Below are positions 27,749-35,652 of a DNA stretch of 64,000 nt, one piece after another (the first letter of the stretch is position 1; the number at the start of each line of letters is the position of its first letter). The stretch is taken from positions 26 to 64,025 of the forward strand of contig CAUTRK010000009.1 in assembly GCA_963540885.1 (NCBI GenBank), written 5' to 3'. The position numbers and the translations under genes were made by a program. Source of the stretch: an uncultured Fusobacterium sp. Its GTDB lineage: Bacteria > Bacillota > Clostridia > Lachnospirales > Lachnospiraceae. The notes beneath the pieces were generated by a model. That model made no database searches and was not told the origin of the DNA. It saw only the letters and a list, made by a program, of their open reading frames with translations.

Positions 27749-27804
27749 TATTTCACCTGCCTTTTTTATATTATTTCATGCTTATTATACTATATAAAAG
27801 CGGA

Positions 27805-27884
27805 ATGTTCCCATGTGCAAATTGCACGAAATCGCATGGGAACTTTTGTGTACGATTACATATTGACTGTCGCATGTTCCCATG
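27805..27884. promoter_or_regulatory. Operator set: three copies of GTTCCCATG (one inverted) plus the palindrome TGCAAATTGCA
   Basis: gttcccatg at 27807-27815 and 27876-27884, catgggaac at 27835-27843, and tgcaaattgca at 27816-27826. All lie in the divergent region between the RHH gene and the plus-strand island. Confidence 0.5.
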
Positions 27885-27891
27885 CTATCAT
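27863..27891 (+). promoter_or_regulatory. Sigma-A type promoter with an operator in the spacer
   Basis: TTGACT, a 17-nt spacer containing gttcccatg, then TATCAT. Confidence 0.5.
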
Positions 27892-27953
27892 AAAGCCACA
27901 ACGAACGAAGCAAGCCGCAAGGCAAGCGGAAAAGAGTTGTAGCACATTGAAAA

Positions 27954-27982
27954 TTGAATAGGGCTTGCGTCCATGGTATAAT
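27954..27982 (+). promoter_or_regulatory. Sigma-A type promoter (extended -10)
   Basis: TTGAAT, a 17-nt spacer, then tgg-TATAAT, 28 nt upstream of the ATG at 28010. Confidence 0.6.
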
Positions 27983-28009
27983 GAATCCTGAAAAGGAGGA
28001 CGTTAGAAA

Positions 28010-28177
28010 ATGGAGAACGAAGAAATGGCCGAACTTGCCACACTTGAAAGACTCATTAAAGAACGCAATCACTTAACCGATTTGTTAGAGCTTATTCAAT
28101 CCGGCGATATTGAAAAGGCCATGAAAATCCTTAATCGTGATATTGAATCAATCAATGAGGCGATAAAGGAAAAGTAA
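28010..28177 (+). CDS. Small helical protein (first gene of the plus-strand island)
   Basis: 55 aa (MENEEMAELATLERLIKERNHLTDLLELIQSGDIEKAMKILNRDIESINEAIKEK) with RBS aaaaggagga. Below the ORF-track cutoff. Confidence 0.55.
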   Translation: MENEEMAELATLERLIKERNHLTDLLELIQSGDIEKAMKILNRDIESINEAIKEK

Positions 28178-28199
28178 AAAGAACAGCAACTAACCTAAA

Positions 28200-28237
28200 G
28201 ATGCAAGCCTGATTCAATTCGAGCTTGCATCTTTTTT
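28200..28237 (+). terminator. Rho-independent terminator
   Basis: gatgcaagc-(14 nt)-gcttgcatc followed by tttttt. Confidence 0.65.
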
Positions 28238-28269
28238 ATTCAGAAAATCAAAATCAGGAGGATAAAGAA

Positions 28270-28695
28270 ATGACTAACAACGAAATCATTTATAAGGCAC
28301 TGCAGGCAAAAGGATTTTCCGAGGATCAGTTAACGCAGCTTATGCAGGCTTTTCGCGGCGATCTCCCATTTCACACTTTCGCAGAATGGAAAGCACGCGG
28401 TTATTACGTTAGAAAAGGTGAAAAGGCATTTTTGGCGGTTCCGCTTTGGAAATATACGGATCGTCCCAACATGGCAGCACGCAAGGCCGCCGAGGAGGCC
28501 GGTGAAGAAATCAATCCGGATCCGCACTATTACAAGAAAATGTCTTACATCTTCGGTTTTAACCAGGTTGAAAAGGCCGGAGCCAAAAAGAACAACGCGC
28601 CGCAGGTGGTAGCAGTCCAGGCCGTAAACGAAAACAAGCCGCTTATGCTTCCGACGGTTTACAAGCCGGAGTGCACAGCATTAGCAGTTATCTAA
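28270..28695 (+). CDS. ArdC N-terminal-like (ssDNA-binding, anti-restriction-type) protein
   Basis: 141 aa from the ATG at 28270 (RBS aggagg). ..HTFAEWKARGYYVRKGEKAFLAVPLWKY.. resembles the ArdC-N/DUF1738 core motif. Confidence 0.45.
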   Translation: MTNNEIIYKALQAKGFSEDQLTQLMQAFRGDLPFHTFAEWKARGYYVRKGEKAFLAVPLWKYTDRPNMAARKAAEEAGEEINPDPHYYKKMSYIFGFNQVEKAGAKKNNAPQVVAVQAVNENKPLMLPTVYKPECTALAVI

Positions 28696-28845
28696 CAAAA
28701 CCATCATACGAGAAGATCAACAAATTCATTAAGAGCATCCCGGACGACGCCAGGAGCATTTACGGCCTGCCCTATAGCATCCGTGTCAACTAAACAAAAC
28801 GTATCCCGCCGCCGGTCGGGCAAAACCGGCAGAAAGGACTTTGAT

Positions 28846-29019
28846 ATGTGGGAAGCATCCGCAGAATATGCCGACGGCACGACGATCACAAAGTATTTCC
28901 CGTATAATGAAAATGGCAACTATCATCTTGAAAACGAACGCCAGTACGAGCTTGAAGAATGGTTGATCGGATACCACGATGATTGTACATGGTATAGCGT
29001 TGTTTATATCGCCGCGTGA
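28846..29019 (+). CDS. Small hypothetical protein
   Basis: 57 aa (MWEASAEYADGTTITKYF..), preceded by the conserved 35-nt leader ending in the RBS agaaagga. Confidence 0.5.
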   Translation: MWEASAEYADGTTITKYFPYNENGNYHLENERQYELEEWLIGYHDDCTWYSVVYIAA

Positions 29020-29065
29020 GCAATTTCCCGTCGCCGGTCGGGCAAAGCCGGCAGAAAGGAACAAA

Positions 29066-29272
29066 ATGTATCAGGTAACAAAAAGCCAATGGTCAAGGAT
29101 CGTCCGCGAACATTCTGACTTTGTTTGTAAGGCGTTCCGCCGGTATGAGCATGACGGAAAAGTGTGTAATCCCGGCGAATGGTGCTGCTTTGAATGTCTG
29201 CTCCCCGGCGCTCCGAATAATGGCGCTGTCCTGGTCTTTGAGCACATTCATTTTGAAATTGTCCCCGGCTGA
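29066..29272 (+). CDS. Small Cys-rich hypothetical protein
   Basis: 68 aa (MYQVTKSQWSRIVREH..), preceded by the second copy of the 35-nt leader. Confidence 0.5.
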   Translation: MYQVTKSQWSRIVREHSDFVCKAFRRYEHDGKVCNPGEWCCFECLLPGAPNNGAVLVFEHIHFEIVPG

Positions 29273-29320
29273 TTATCAATGTAGCTTTGTTTATGTCTGC
29301 ACAAAAAGAAGGAGGAAGAA

Positions 29321-29404
29321 TGGCCGAACTGATTGAATACAAGGTGATCCGTGAATATATGGACGGAAAGCGCGGAAAGCGCAACAAAAAACTATATATG
29401 TAGG
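29321..29404 (+). CDS. Mini-ORF (27 codons) ending in TAG; the frame stays open 37 more codons to 29518
   Basis: Strong RBS gaaggaggaagaATG. MAELIEYKVIREYMDGKRGKRNKKLYM*DDEGQLTIGGLYMHLGPGYPGMQRIVSAKPTGTKDDW. Confidence 0.35.
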
Positions 29405-29629
29405 ACGACGAAGGGCAGCTTACTATAGGCGGGCTATATATGCACCTCGGCCCCGGCTACCCCGGGATGCAGCGCATTGTCTCCGCGAAGCCGACCGGCA
29501 CAAAAGATGATTGGTAATATATGCTTTGATCTCATCCGCAAAACGCCCGGAATAATCCGGGCGCTGTGTGCTATACTTATGTCATATCTTTGCTATAACA
29601 AAAAGCATTTACAAAAAGAAGTTGCTATC

Positions 29630-29881
29630 ATGGCTGAACAAAAAATACTTTTCTTTCCGCCTTATCGGCTTGTGGCGCAGTTTGCCGATGGAAAGCGCCT
29701 GATCTTTGACGGCATGAGTGAAACGGAAGCTATGGCCGCGATGGAATCCGCCCAGGATGAACACGGCGATATCTCATGGTATGATGGCGTGACCGATGAA
29801 CATTATGAAAACGGTGTGCTGTACCGCATGACTCCGGATCCGCCAGTGATCGACCCGGAATCCGGTAACATGCATGATTGA
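29630..29881 (+). CDS. Small hypothetical protein
   Basis: 83 aa from MAEQKILFFPPYRLVAQFADGKRLIFDG.., with a weak RBS. Confidence 0.4.
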   Translation: MAEQKILFFPPYRLVAQFADGKRLIFDGMSETEAMAAMESAQDEHGDISWYDGVTDEHYENGVLYRMTPDPPVIDPESGNMHD

Positions 29882-30048
29882 ACCAAAAATGCACGAAATC
29901 GGTTTTATTTGCCCGTTTACTCGTAAAAAATGCGCAGATAGAACAAAAAGTGATCGTTAAAACAAAAATTTGTACGTTTTGAAGCAAAAACGCCCCGGCG
30001 GCTCCCACAAGCCAGCCGGGGCAAAACCCTCGCAGAAAGGATTTTCTC

Positions 30049-30258
30049 ATGAGAAATGTAATATTGAACTGTAGTAAACTGTCGTATAATTCAAAGGTTG
30101 AACTCTTTGATAAGCTAAGAGCCTTAAATATCATTGGCGTTGGTGAATTTGTTTCTGACGAATATGATCTGTATCCGGAAGATTTTGAGCTGCAATCGCT
30201 TATAGATATCATACCGGACGGATGCAGATATACCGTCTTTCCCGAGCATCATTCCTGA
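30049..30258 (+). CDS. Small protein, family A copy 2
   Basis: 69 aa with RBS gaaaggattttctcATG. The C-terminus LQSLIDIIPDGCRYTV matches the family A motif. Confidence 0.5.
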   Translation: MRNVILNCSKLSYNSKVELFDKLRALNIIGVGEFVSDEYDLYPEDFELQSLIDIIPDGCRYTVFPEHHS

Positions 30259-30443
30259 TAAATATAATATCGTCCTTCTGCCGGATCGTACTCGAATATG
30301 ATCCGGCATTTCTGATCTTCCACTGACAACATTTCTGATAAAATTCCCATGATTTCCGCCGCCGTTTTCATGTCCTGCAACGGTCCGAAACTGCACTTTT
30401 TATTTTTTGCTATTATTTCTCTTTCTTTCTCTTTATTTCTCAC
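30249..30443 (-). CDS. Small protein, family B copy 2
   Basis: 64 aa with a GTG start and a GGAGG RBS 9 nt upstream. Contains ..QKCRIIFEYDPAEG.. Its 3' end overlaps 30049-30258 by 10 nt. Confidence 0.5.
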   Translation of the reverse strand: MRNKEKEREIIAKNKKCSFGPLQDMKTAAEIMGILSEMLSVEDQKCRIIFEYDPAEGRYYIYQE

Positions 30444-30780
30444 GACCTGCTGCCTCCATCGCTTTCTCGAATATCTTTTTGCTGATCTTGTATCCTTCTT
30501 GCCATTCCGGCGTCCCCGGTATGTGGCGCGGCGTCAAATATTTTTCCGGATCCATGCGCATAGCTTCCCATTCCTGCGTTGATATCCCCAGCTCCGCATG
30601 TTCTGCCGGATAATCACTCTTTGTCAAGTCTGCACCGATACCGCCTTTTATAAGTCTCTTGATGTCCCCGTGCGCGAAAAACAAAACAGATTTAAGCACA
30701 AGACACGCAAGGCGCAGTTCTTCATAATCCGGCCTGCCGTTATCTTCTAAATCCGCCAGAATTTCCGCTGTAGTTCTCAT
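30433..30780 (-). CDS. Hypothetical phage protein
   Basis: 115 aa from the ATG at 30780 (RBS ggaaggagag). Confidence 0.5.
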   Translation of the reverse strand: MRTTAEILADLEDNGRPDYEELRLACLVLKSVLFFAHGDIKRLIKGGIGADLTKSDYPAEHAELGISTQEWEAMRMDPEKYLTPRHIPGTPEWQEGYKISKKIFEKAMEAAGREK

Positions 30781-30967
30781 TTGCTCCGTTCTCTCCTTCC
30801 CTGATCCACATAACTGCGCCGCAATACGGGCAACTATCCCAATATCCGCGTCCCAGGTGCCCACACTTCGAGCACTTATAAATTCCCAATATTGCCCCCG
30901 TTACTGTGTTTACTCTATAGTCCGCGGCCCATTCCGCCGGTCCTTTTTTCGGTATTATCACGCCCAT
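30740..30967 (-). CDS. Zinc-ribbon protein
   Basis: CSKCGH....CPYCG. The start is uncertain (ATG at 30967 or TTG at 30991). Confidence 0.4.
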   Translation of the reverse strand: MGVIIPKKGPAEWAADYRVNTVTGAILGIYKCSKCGHLGRGYWDSCPYCGAVMWIREGENGANENYSGNSGGFRR

Positions 30968-30971
30968 TCTT

Positions 30972-31553
30972 TTATGGCTCTTTTTCGTCAAGATGCGTTG
31001 CCATCATATCCGCCAGATGCAGCATTGCTGCCAGCTTGCATTGTTTGAATGCTCTGTCCAGCTCCCGCAGATCCGACCGTGCCGCCGCGTCATAAGCTCC
31101 CATGTGCCAGCGTATAGCTATGATCTCTACCGGATCCAGCTCCATAAACGGCTGTATCATGATCACAGACTTTTCCCCGTGTCCAATCGGCAGCGCGTCC
31201 CCGCGATAAATGTACTGCTGCCCCGTCGGCACTCTTTCCAGGCTATAAACTTGCGCCTTGCAAACATCATGAAGCAGCGCCACGACCGCGATATGCTCCG
31301 CGCTGTAGCTTTGCTGCCCCTTCCGGGCTTCTTCCCCGTTCAGCCAAGCAAGCCGCCTGAAAACATTGTTGGAATGCTCCACAAGCCCGCCCGGATAGGC
31401 TCCATGATATTTCGTGCTTGCGGGTGCTTCAAAGAATCCGATCTTTTCAAGCCCTTTGAGCAGGTCTTCTGCTCCCGGCCTTTTAATTATGCTCCGGAAA
31501 TCCTCTCTATACTTTTCTCCTTCTGACAGCTTGTCCCAATCCGTTAAATCCAT
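30972..31553 (-). CDS. HD-domain phosphohydrolase
   Basis: 193 aa with ..KYHGAYPGGLVEHS..., ..LLHDVCK.., ..GHGEKS.. Confidence 0.7.
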   Translation of the reverse strand: MDLTDWDKLSEGEKYREDFRSIIKRPGAEDLLKGLEKIGFFEAPASTKYHGAYPGGLVEHSNNVFRRLAWLNGEEARKGQQSYSAEHIAVVALLHDVCKAQVYSLERVPTGQQYIYRGDALPIGHGEKSVIMIQPFMELDPVEIIAIRWHMGAYDAAARSDLRELDRAFKQCKLAAMLHLADMMATHLDEKEP

Positions 31554-31557
31554 GATC

Positions 31558-31842
31558 TTACTCCCCTTCAACAATGTTTCCCGTGAACAATCCACCTTCC
31601 GCAAGAGCCTTCTCCGCTGTTTCCTGCTCCGTAAGCTCCAACGCCTTATTGAGATACCACCTCGCCTTTTCCCAGTCTTCCTGCGGTGTCTCGTGCTTAT
31701 TCTCGCAACGATAAAGATACTTGAAAGCATTGCACTCGCAGAATGCGGCGACCTTCTCCGCGCCGAATACTTCCACCATCACGTCGATGCATTCAAACTT
31801 CCCGGTCTCATAATGTGCCGGATGATTCACATTGTCCGTCAT
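31558..31842 (-). CDS. DUF3310-like phage protein
   Basis: 94 aa reading ..NHPAHYETGKFECIDVM......NAFKYLYRCENK....EDWEKARWYL, the characteristic DUF3310 pattern. Confidence 0.6.
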   Translation of the reverse strand: MTDNVNHPAHYETGKFECIDVMVEVFGAEKVAAFCECNAFKYLYRCENKHETPQEDWEKARWYLNKALELTEQETAEKALAEGGLFTGNIVEGE

Positions 31843-31850
31843 ACATCCCC

Positions 31851-32039
31851 CTATTCCAGCTCCATGATAGCTTCGTACAGCTCTTCCGTCCGCTCCCCGG
31901 CCTCGAATCGTTCCTTTAGCGGAATAATTGCCATTGCCAGCCCGTATGCGCCCGGTAATCCGATCTCCTGATACGCCTCTTCGATAACTTTCAAATACTT
32001 TTCCGCGTTCTCCCACCTGCCGCCGTCTGCCTGCTCCAT
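31851..32039 (-). CDS. Hypothetical phage protein
   Basis: 62-aa ORF within the operon. Confidence 0.4.
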   Translation of the reverse strand: MEQADGGRWENAEKYLKVIEEAYQEIGLPGAYGLAMAIIPLKERFEAGERTEELYEAIMELE

Positions 32040-32240
32040 AAGCCCTCCTTTTTACCTATTCGCAAATTGTTTTTCCTGCGCCCCTTTACGGTTTGCAGAA
32101 ATCCCTTTTCGCGCATGAGTTCTTTCGCTTGAAAATTACCATTTTCGTTAAAATCTGCGCCCGCTGCCGCCGTCAAATTTTCGTGCCCTGGAACCGCCGC
32201 CGGACTGTTCCCCGCTTTCCGGTTTTGGAATCTGTTTCTT

Positions 32241-32726
32241 CTATTTCCGCGCGCGCGAGGCTCTCTCTAAGATTTCGTCCACCATCGGCACGTCTTCCAA
32301 GGCGTAAATCAGCCGGTCAAGAGCTTTTTCATGCCAATACCTGACGGCTCTGTCCGACGCGTGCAAGCTCATTGAAATTTTTGTCCAACTGTACTCATTC
32401 AGATACCGGAAGAAAAGCAGCTTTTTGTACCTACCGTTCAGAACGTCCAAAGAGGCCCTTATATGCCCCTTGTCCTGCTCCAAGATGCGGATATTCGTCT
32501 CGATCTCTTTCAGCCGTCCTGCTGCGTCGTTGTCGGCGGCGAGAAGCGCCATTGATTCCGTAGGCCGTCCCGGATTTGACCCGTGCGGCATCCCGTCCAT
32601 GTCAATGCCACGGATCCCATTGTAATATGCGTCCTCGATCTCCGTTTTCTGCTGCCGGAAGATTTTCAGCATATCCGGTATGCCCTTGTAGTAAATCAAG
32701 ATGAGTTTTGCTTCCTCGCGCTGCAT
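32241..32726 (-). CDS. ArpU/RinA-like late transcriptional regulator (sigma region-4-like HTH)
   Basis: 161 aa. The C-terminal ..LLFFRYLNEYSWTKISMSLHASDRAVRYWHEKALDRL resembles a sigma-70 region 4 HTH. Confidence 0.55.
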   Translation of the reverse strand: MQREEAKLILIYYKGIPDMLKIFRQQKTEIEDAYYNGIRGIDMDGMPHGSNPGRPTESMALLAADNDAAGRLKEIETNIRILEQDKGHIRASLDVLNGRYKKLLFFRYLNEYSWTKISMSLHASDRAVRYWHEKALDRLIYALEDVPMVDEILERASRARK

Positions 32727-32745
32727 CCGCCGCCCCCTCTGCCTG

Positions 32746-33255
32746 TTACGCCGCTGCTTCTTTTGCTTTCTCTCTGTAAACGTCTCCCGCCAGCCATAAA
32801 ACGCGGTCGATCTGCTCTTTCTCGAACGACAGCGCCTTATTCATTGCCAAGGCATAGAGACGCGCCACCATTTCCCCGGCCTGCCGCTGTGCCGTCAAAA
32901 TATCCCAGTCTTTATTTTTCTTCGGCGCTTTCGCTGCCGGAAGAATGAACGGACGCATGAAAAGCGGCTCTGACTTTTCTTTCAGTTCCTTCTTTGCCGC
33001 TTTCGGTCCCTGGACTCTCTGCGCATTGATGTACATAGCGGAAAATCTGTCCGCCCACTCCGCAACTTCATTCACCTTTTCTTCCTGCAGGCCGTAAGCA
33101 GTTGAAAGCGCCGTCCAGATGCAAAGATGCATCATTTCCGCCGTTCGTGTCCTTGCGTCGTCAAATATCTGCTCCGCAGTCTTTTTCCCGGACTTCTGAT
33201 ACCGTTTCTGTGCGTGTTGCGCCATCAGTCGGCGGTTGTCAAAGTAATTCCCCAT
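32746..33255 (-). CDS. Hypothetical phage protein
   Basis: 169-aa ORF within the operon. Confidence 0.5.
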   Translation of the reverse strand: MGNYFDNRRLMAQHAQKRYQKSGKKTAEQIFDDARTRTAEMMHLCIWTALSTAYGLQEEKVNEVAEWADRFSAMYINAQRVQGPKAAKKELKEKSEPLFMRPFILPAAKAPKKNKDWDILTAQRQAGEMVARLYALAMNKALSFEKEQIDRVLWLAGDVYREKAKEAAA

Positions 33256-33586
33256 CCCGTCTCCTTCCGCCCGGAAGTTTTATATGCCCCGGGCAATAAT
33301 TTCTGTCGTCGATATAGAAATCCGCACAAATCTTTCGCGGATTGTTCCCGTACTTTGCTTTCAGCTCCGGCAGATTGTCATTCACGGCGTCAAACTCCAA
33401 GCCGTGCTCCCGGCACCACAAAAGAGCCGCCTGCAGGTCTTCCTCTTCCCGGAGTGTATTCAGGATGATCTTGTCTCCCATCTGCTTTGCCGCTATCAGA
33501 AAGCGTATCAGTTCTTTGTTTGGTTCACCAATCTCCGGCCAGCACTCATGACAGAGCGTGCCGTCAAAATCTACAGCGAATACCAT
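33239..33586 (-). CDS. HAD-like hydrolase
   Basis: The start MVFAVDFDGTL.. carries the DxDGT motif I. The start overlaps the upstream stop. Confidence 0.5.
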   Translation of the reverse strand: MVFAVDFDGTLCHECWPEIGEPNKELIRFLIAAKQMGDKIILNTLREEEDLQAALLWCREHGLEFDAVNDNLPELKAKYGNNPRKICADFYIDDRNYCPGHIKLPGGRRRDGELL

Positions 33587-34074
33587 CAGCAACCCTCCTT
33601 CCAGGCTTCTGTATCCTTCTTTCTCTCGTCTGTTATTATTTCCCGGAACTTCCACCCGTTCGGCTTTGCATACTGCTCTATGAACAGACGCCGCCGCAGA
33701 GGGTAATCCCGCTGCTGTTTCCGCACAAACCGACTCTTGATTTCCACAATCTCCACGGTCCCGTCAGCATAATCAAGCCGGAAGTCCGCCGTATAGCGGA
33801 TCGCCCCCAGCTTCACGCCGCAGTATTCAGCCGCCCCGAATAGCGGGAACTCCGGATGCTCCGTGCATTCCCTGATCTTCCCGGCGCGAATGTCGGGAAC
33901 AACGGTCCCGTAATAAAACTCATACTCTCCCCGGCTGTCAAACCTTCCCCGCTCATGCTTTGCTTTCATGAGCAGATTCAACTTTTTGTTCCTGATATCT
34001 TCCTCCTGCATTGCCAGTTGCCGCATGGCCTGCGCCCGCATCCCCGGCGGCAGGTCTTTCAGCTCAAAATGCAT
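33586..34074 (-). CDS. DUF1064-like nuclease-fold protein
   Basis: 162 aa reading ..RFDSRGEYEFY......G.I........F.L........YTADF.....DG.VEIVEIKS.. Confidence 0.6.
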   Translation of the reverse strand: MHFELKDLPPGMRAQAMRQLAMQEEDIRNKKLNLLMKAKHERGRFDSRGEYEFYYGTVVPDIRAGKIRECTEHPEFPLFGAAEYCGVKLGAIRYTADFRLDYADGTVEIVEIKSRFVRKQQRDYPLRRRLFIEQYAKPNGWKFREIITDERKKDTEAWKEGC

Positions 34075-34914
34075 TCATCTTCGCCGCCTTTCCTTCACCG
34101 CGTCCCGGCGGTACATGATAATGACCGTGTGCCGCTGCCCCGTATCCGTTACCTTCGTCTCGACCCGCTCCAATGTGTACCCCGGATACTGCCGCGCCCA
34201 GAAATCCGAATCGTCTATGTAAGTCGTTGCCGCTTCCTCGAATTTCTTCCGGCTCCACTTTGTGTCATTCGGCGGCGGCGTCTTCGGCTTTTCCAGTCCC
34301 CTTGACTGCCGCCAATGCCGATCACACCGCTTGTTCTTGCCAATGTAATTAACAAGACTCTCGACGGATCCATGATTGACTTCCAGCCGGTCACAACGGC
34401 ACATGCCCATGCTCTCACCGTTTTTGTCTTTCCAAAGCTCCTCCAGAACATCCCGCGTCAACCCCTCCGTGTGCTGAATGATAGCGTGGTGATGATGCCG
34501 CCCGATATAGCTCCCGTCTTCCTGCTGTGTCGCGTACTCCGTCGCCATGACCCATTTCGGGCGGCTGACTCCGTGCCGGTCGCACCACCGATACACCCGT
34601 TTCATGTAATTCGTGAAATCTTGATCCGCCCTCTTCTGGTCTCCCGGATCCGGTAAGTGTTCGTCGTTATATGTTCCCGTCCATGAGAAGTCCCCTTCAC
34701 CAAAGTTTGTATTCACGAGCTGCACATGGTATCGTTTCGCCCTTCTGTCGTTGTATGCCTGCTGTGCCAGCTCCGTTGCCTTTTTCTTTTTCGCCCTCCG
34801 GCTCTCTCTGTGCTCCCGCTCCGATACCTGGTACAGATCCACCTCCATGTATCTTGCCGTATCGTAACTTCTCCCGCAGATATGCTTTTGCTCTCTGTAG
34901 TACACCCTGCCCAC
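34075..34914 (-). CDS. HUH-type rolling-circle replication initiator (Rep)
   Basis: 279 aa with motif I-like FSWTGTY, the HUH motif GRHHHHAII, and a Y-motif LVNYIGKN. Confidence 0.6.
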   Translation of the reverse strand: MGRVYYREQKHICGRSYDTARYMEVDLYQVSEREHRESRRAKKKKATELAQQAYNDRRAKRYHVQLVNTNFGEGDFSWTGTYNDEHLPDPGDQKRADQDFTNYMKRVYRWCDRHGVSRPKWVMATEYATQQEDGSYIGRHHHHAIIQHTEGLTRDVLEELWKDKNGESMGMCRCDRLEVNHGSVESLVNYIGKNKRCDRHWRQSRGLEKPKTPPPNDTKWSRKKFEEAATTYIDDSDFWARQYPGYTLERVETKVTDTGQRHTVIIMYRRDAVKERRRR

Positions 34915-35104
34915 ATCCAGCTCCGATCATCAACCATGCTTAACCATTTATGACTATATATCTATGTCTCTAAAGATAAGAGGGATATACAAGCCCTATA
35001 CCGCCGACTTTGCGGTTAATTTTTTGAAAGCCTTTTTCGGTATTGCTTTTAAAAAGGCTTCCGTGTCCGAAGCGGAGAACGCATTTCCTGCGCACTCCGC
35101 TTTT

Positions 35105-35150
35105 TGTTATCTGTCGTTATCTGTTGTCTTTTATTTGCGTCGATGTTATC
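35105..35150. repeat. GTTATC iterons upstream of rep (candidate origin elements)
   Basis: tgttatctgtcgttatctgttg....gatgttatcat gives three GTTATC copies in the rep upstream region. Confidence 0.3.
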
Positions 35151-35201
35151 ATTTCTGTTGCCCGACTACTCTGCCAAAACCATTGAAAGGAGGTTATTGC
35201 T

Positions 35202-35423
35202 TTGAAGCTGCTTTATTATCGCTTTGATGTTTCCGGTCTCTCGACTGAGGAGCGTCGCTCTGTCGCTTCTGCTCTTGACATGCAGGCTCATACCGGATGC
35301 ATCATTGACGCTCGCAACCGTAATATTTTCTATAGCTTTTTCCCTGAAAGCATCAATATGGACGACTTGAAGACATATTTCCCCGTTCTTTACAAGTGCC
35401 ATATCACTCTGACGACTCCGTGA
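35202..35423 (+). CDS. Small protein, family A copy 3
   Basis: 73 aa with a TTG start and RBS gaaaggaggttattgcTTG. The C-terminus MDDLKTYFPVLYKCHITL matches family A. Confidence 0.5.
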   Translation: MKLLYYRFDVSGLSTEERRSVASALDMQAHTGCIIDARNRNIFYSFFPESINMDDLKTYFPVLYKCHITLTTP

Positions 35424-35652
35424 TATCCGGAATCTGCTCCACTCTAAACATTGATCTCGGAAAGTTCGGGTCAAAATCAAGAATCACCCGGACTTTCCTG
35501 TTTCCTGTCATGTTCATATAGCTTTCAAGGTACTGGATATTCTTGTAAACATCTTCGGTTTTCCATAGCCCGATTGGCATGACTCTGTACAATATCGGAT
35601 CATATCCGTAGTGCTCTAATATTTCGTCTTTAGTTAAATGGCAGTCCTTCAT
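35404..35652 (-). CDS. Small protein, family B copy 3
   Basis: 82 aa with RBS ggaaggagtggaagATG and ..RKVRVILDFDPNFP.. Its 3' end overlaps 35202-35423 by 20 nt. Confidence 0.5.
   Translation of the reverse strand: MKDCHLTKDEILEHYGYDPILYRVMPIGLWKTEDVYKNIQYLESYMNMTGNRKVRVILDFDPNFPRSMFRVEQIPDITESSE

Noticed and set aside
27785-28072. 95-aa minus-strand ORF across the switch region.
   Set aside because: It overlaps two plus-strand promoters and the well-signalled plus-strand ORF at 28010, and it has no RBS.
28693-28846. Read-through fusion of the ArdC-like ORF with the next ORF (same frame, with only one TAA between them).
   Set aside because: The intervening translation is basic and low-complexity. 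It also spans the conserved non-coding leader element, so it is most likely coincidence.
4820-29518. Genome-wide TAG recoding or suppressor-tRNA use by the phage, suggested by two in-frame TAGs together with odd tRNAs.
   Set aside because: The structural gene 4820-5632 terminates in TAG, and all long phage ORFs are intact under the standard code. None of the tRNA-like loops contains a CUA anticodon in a canonical context.
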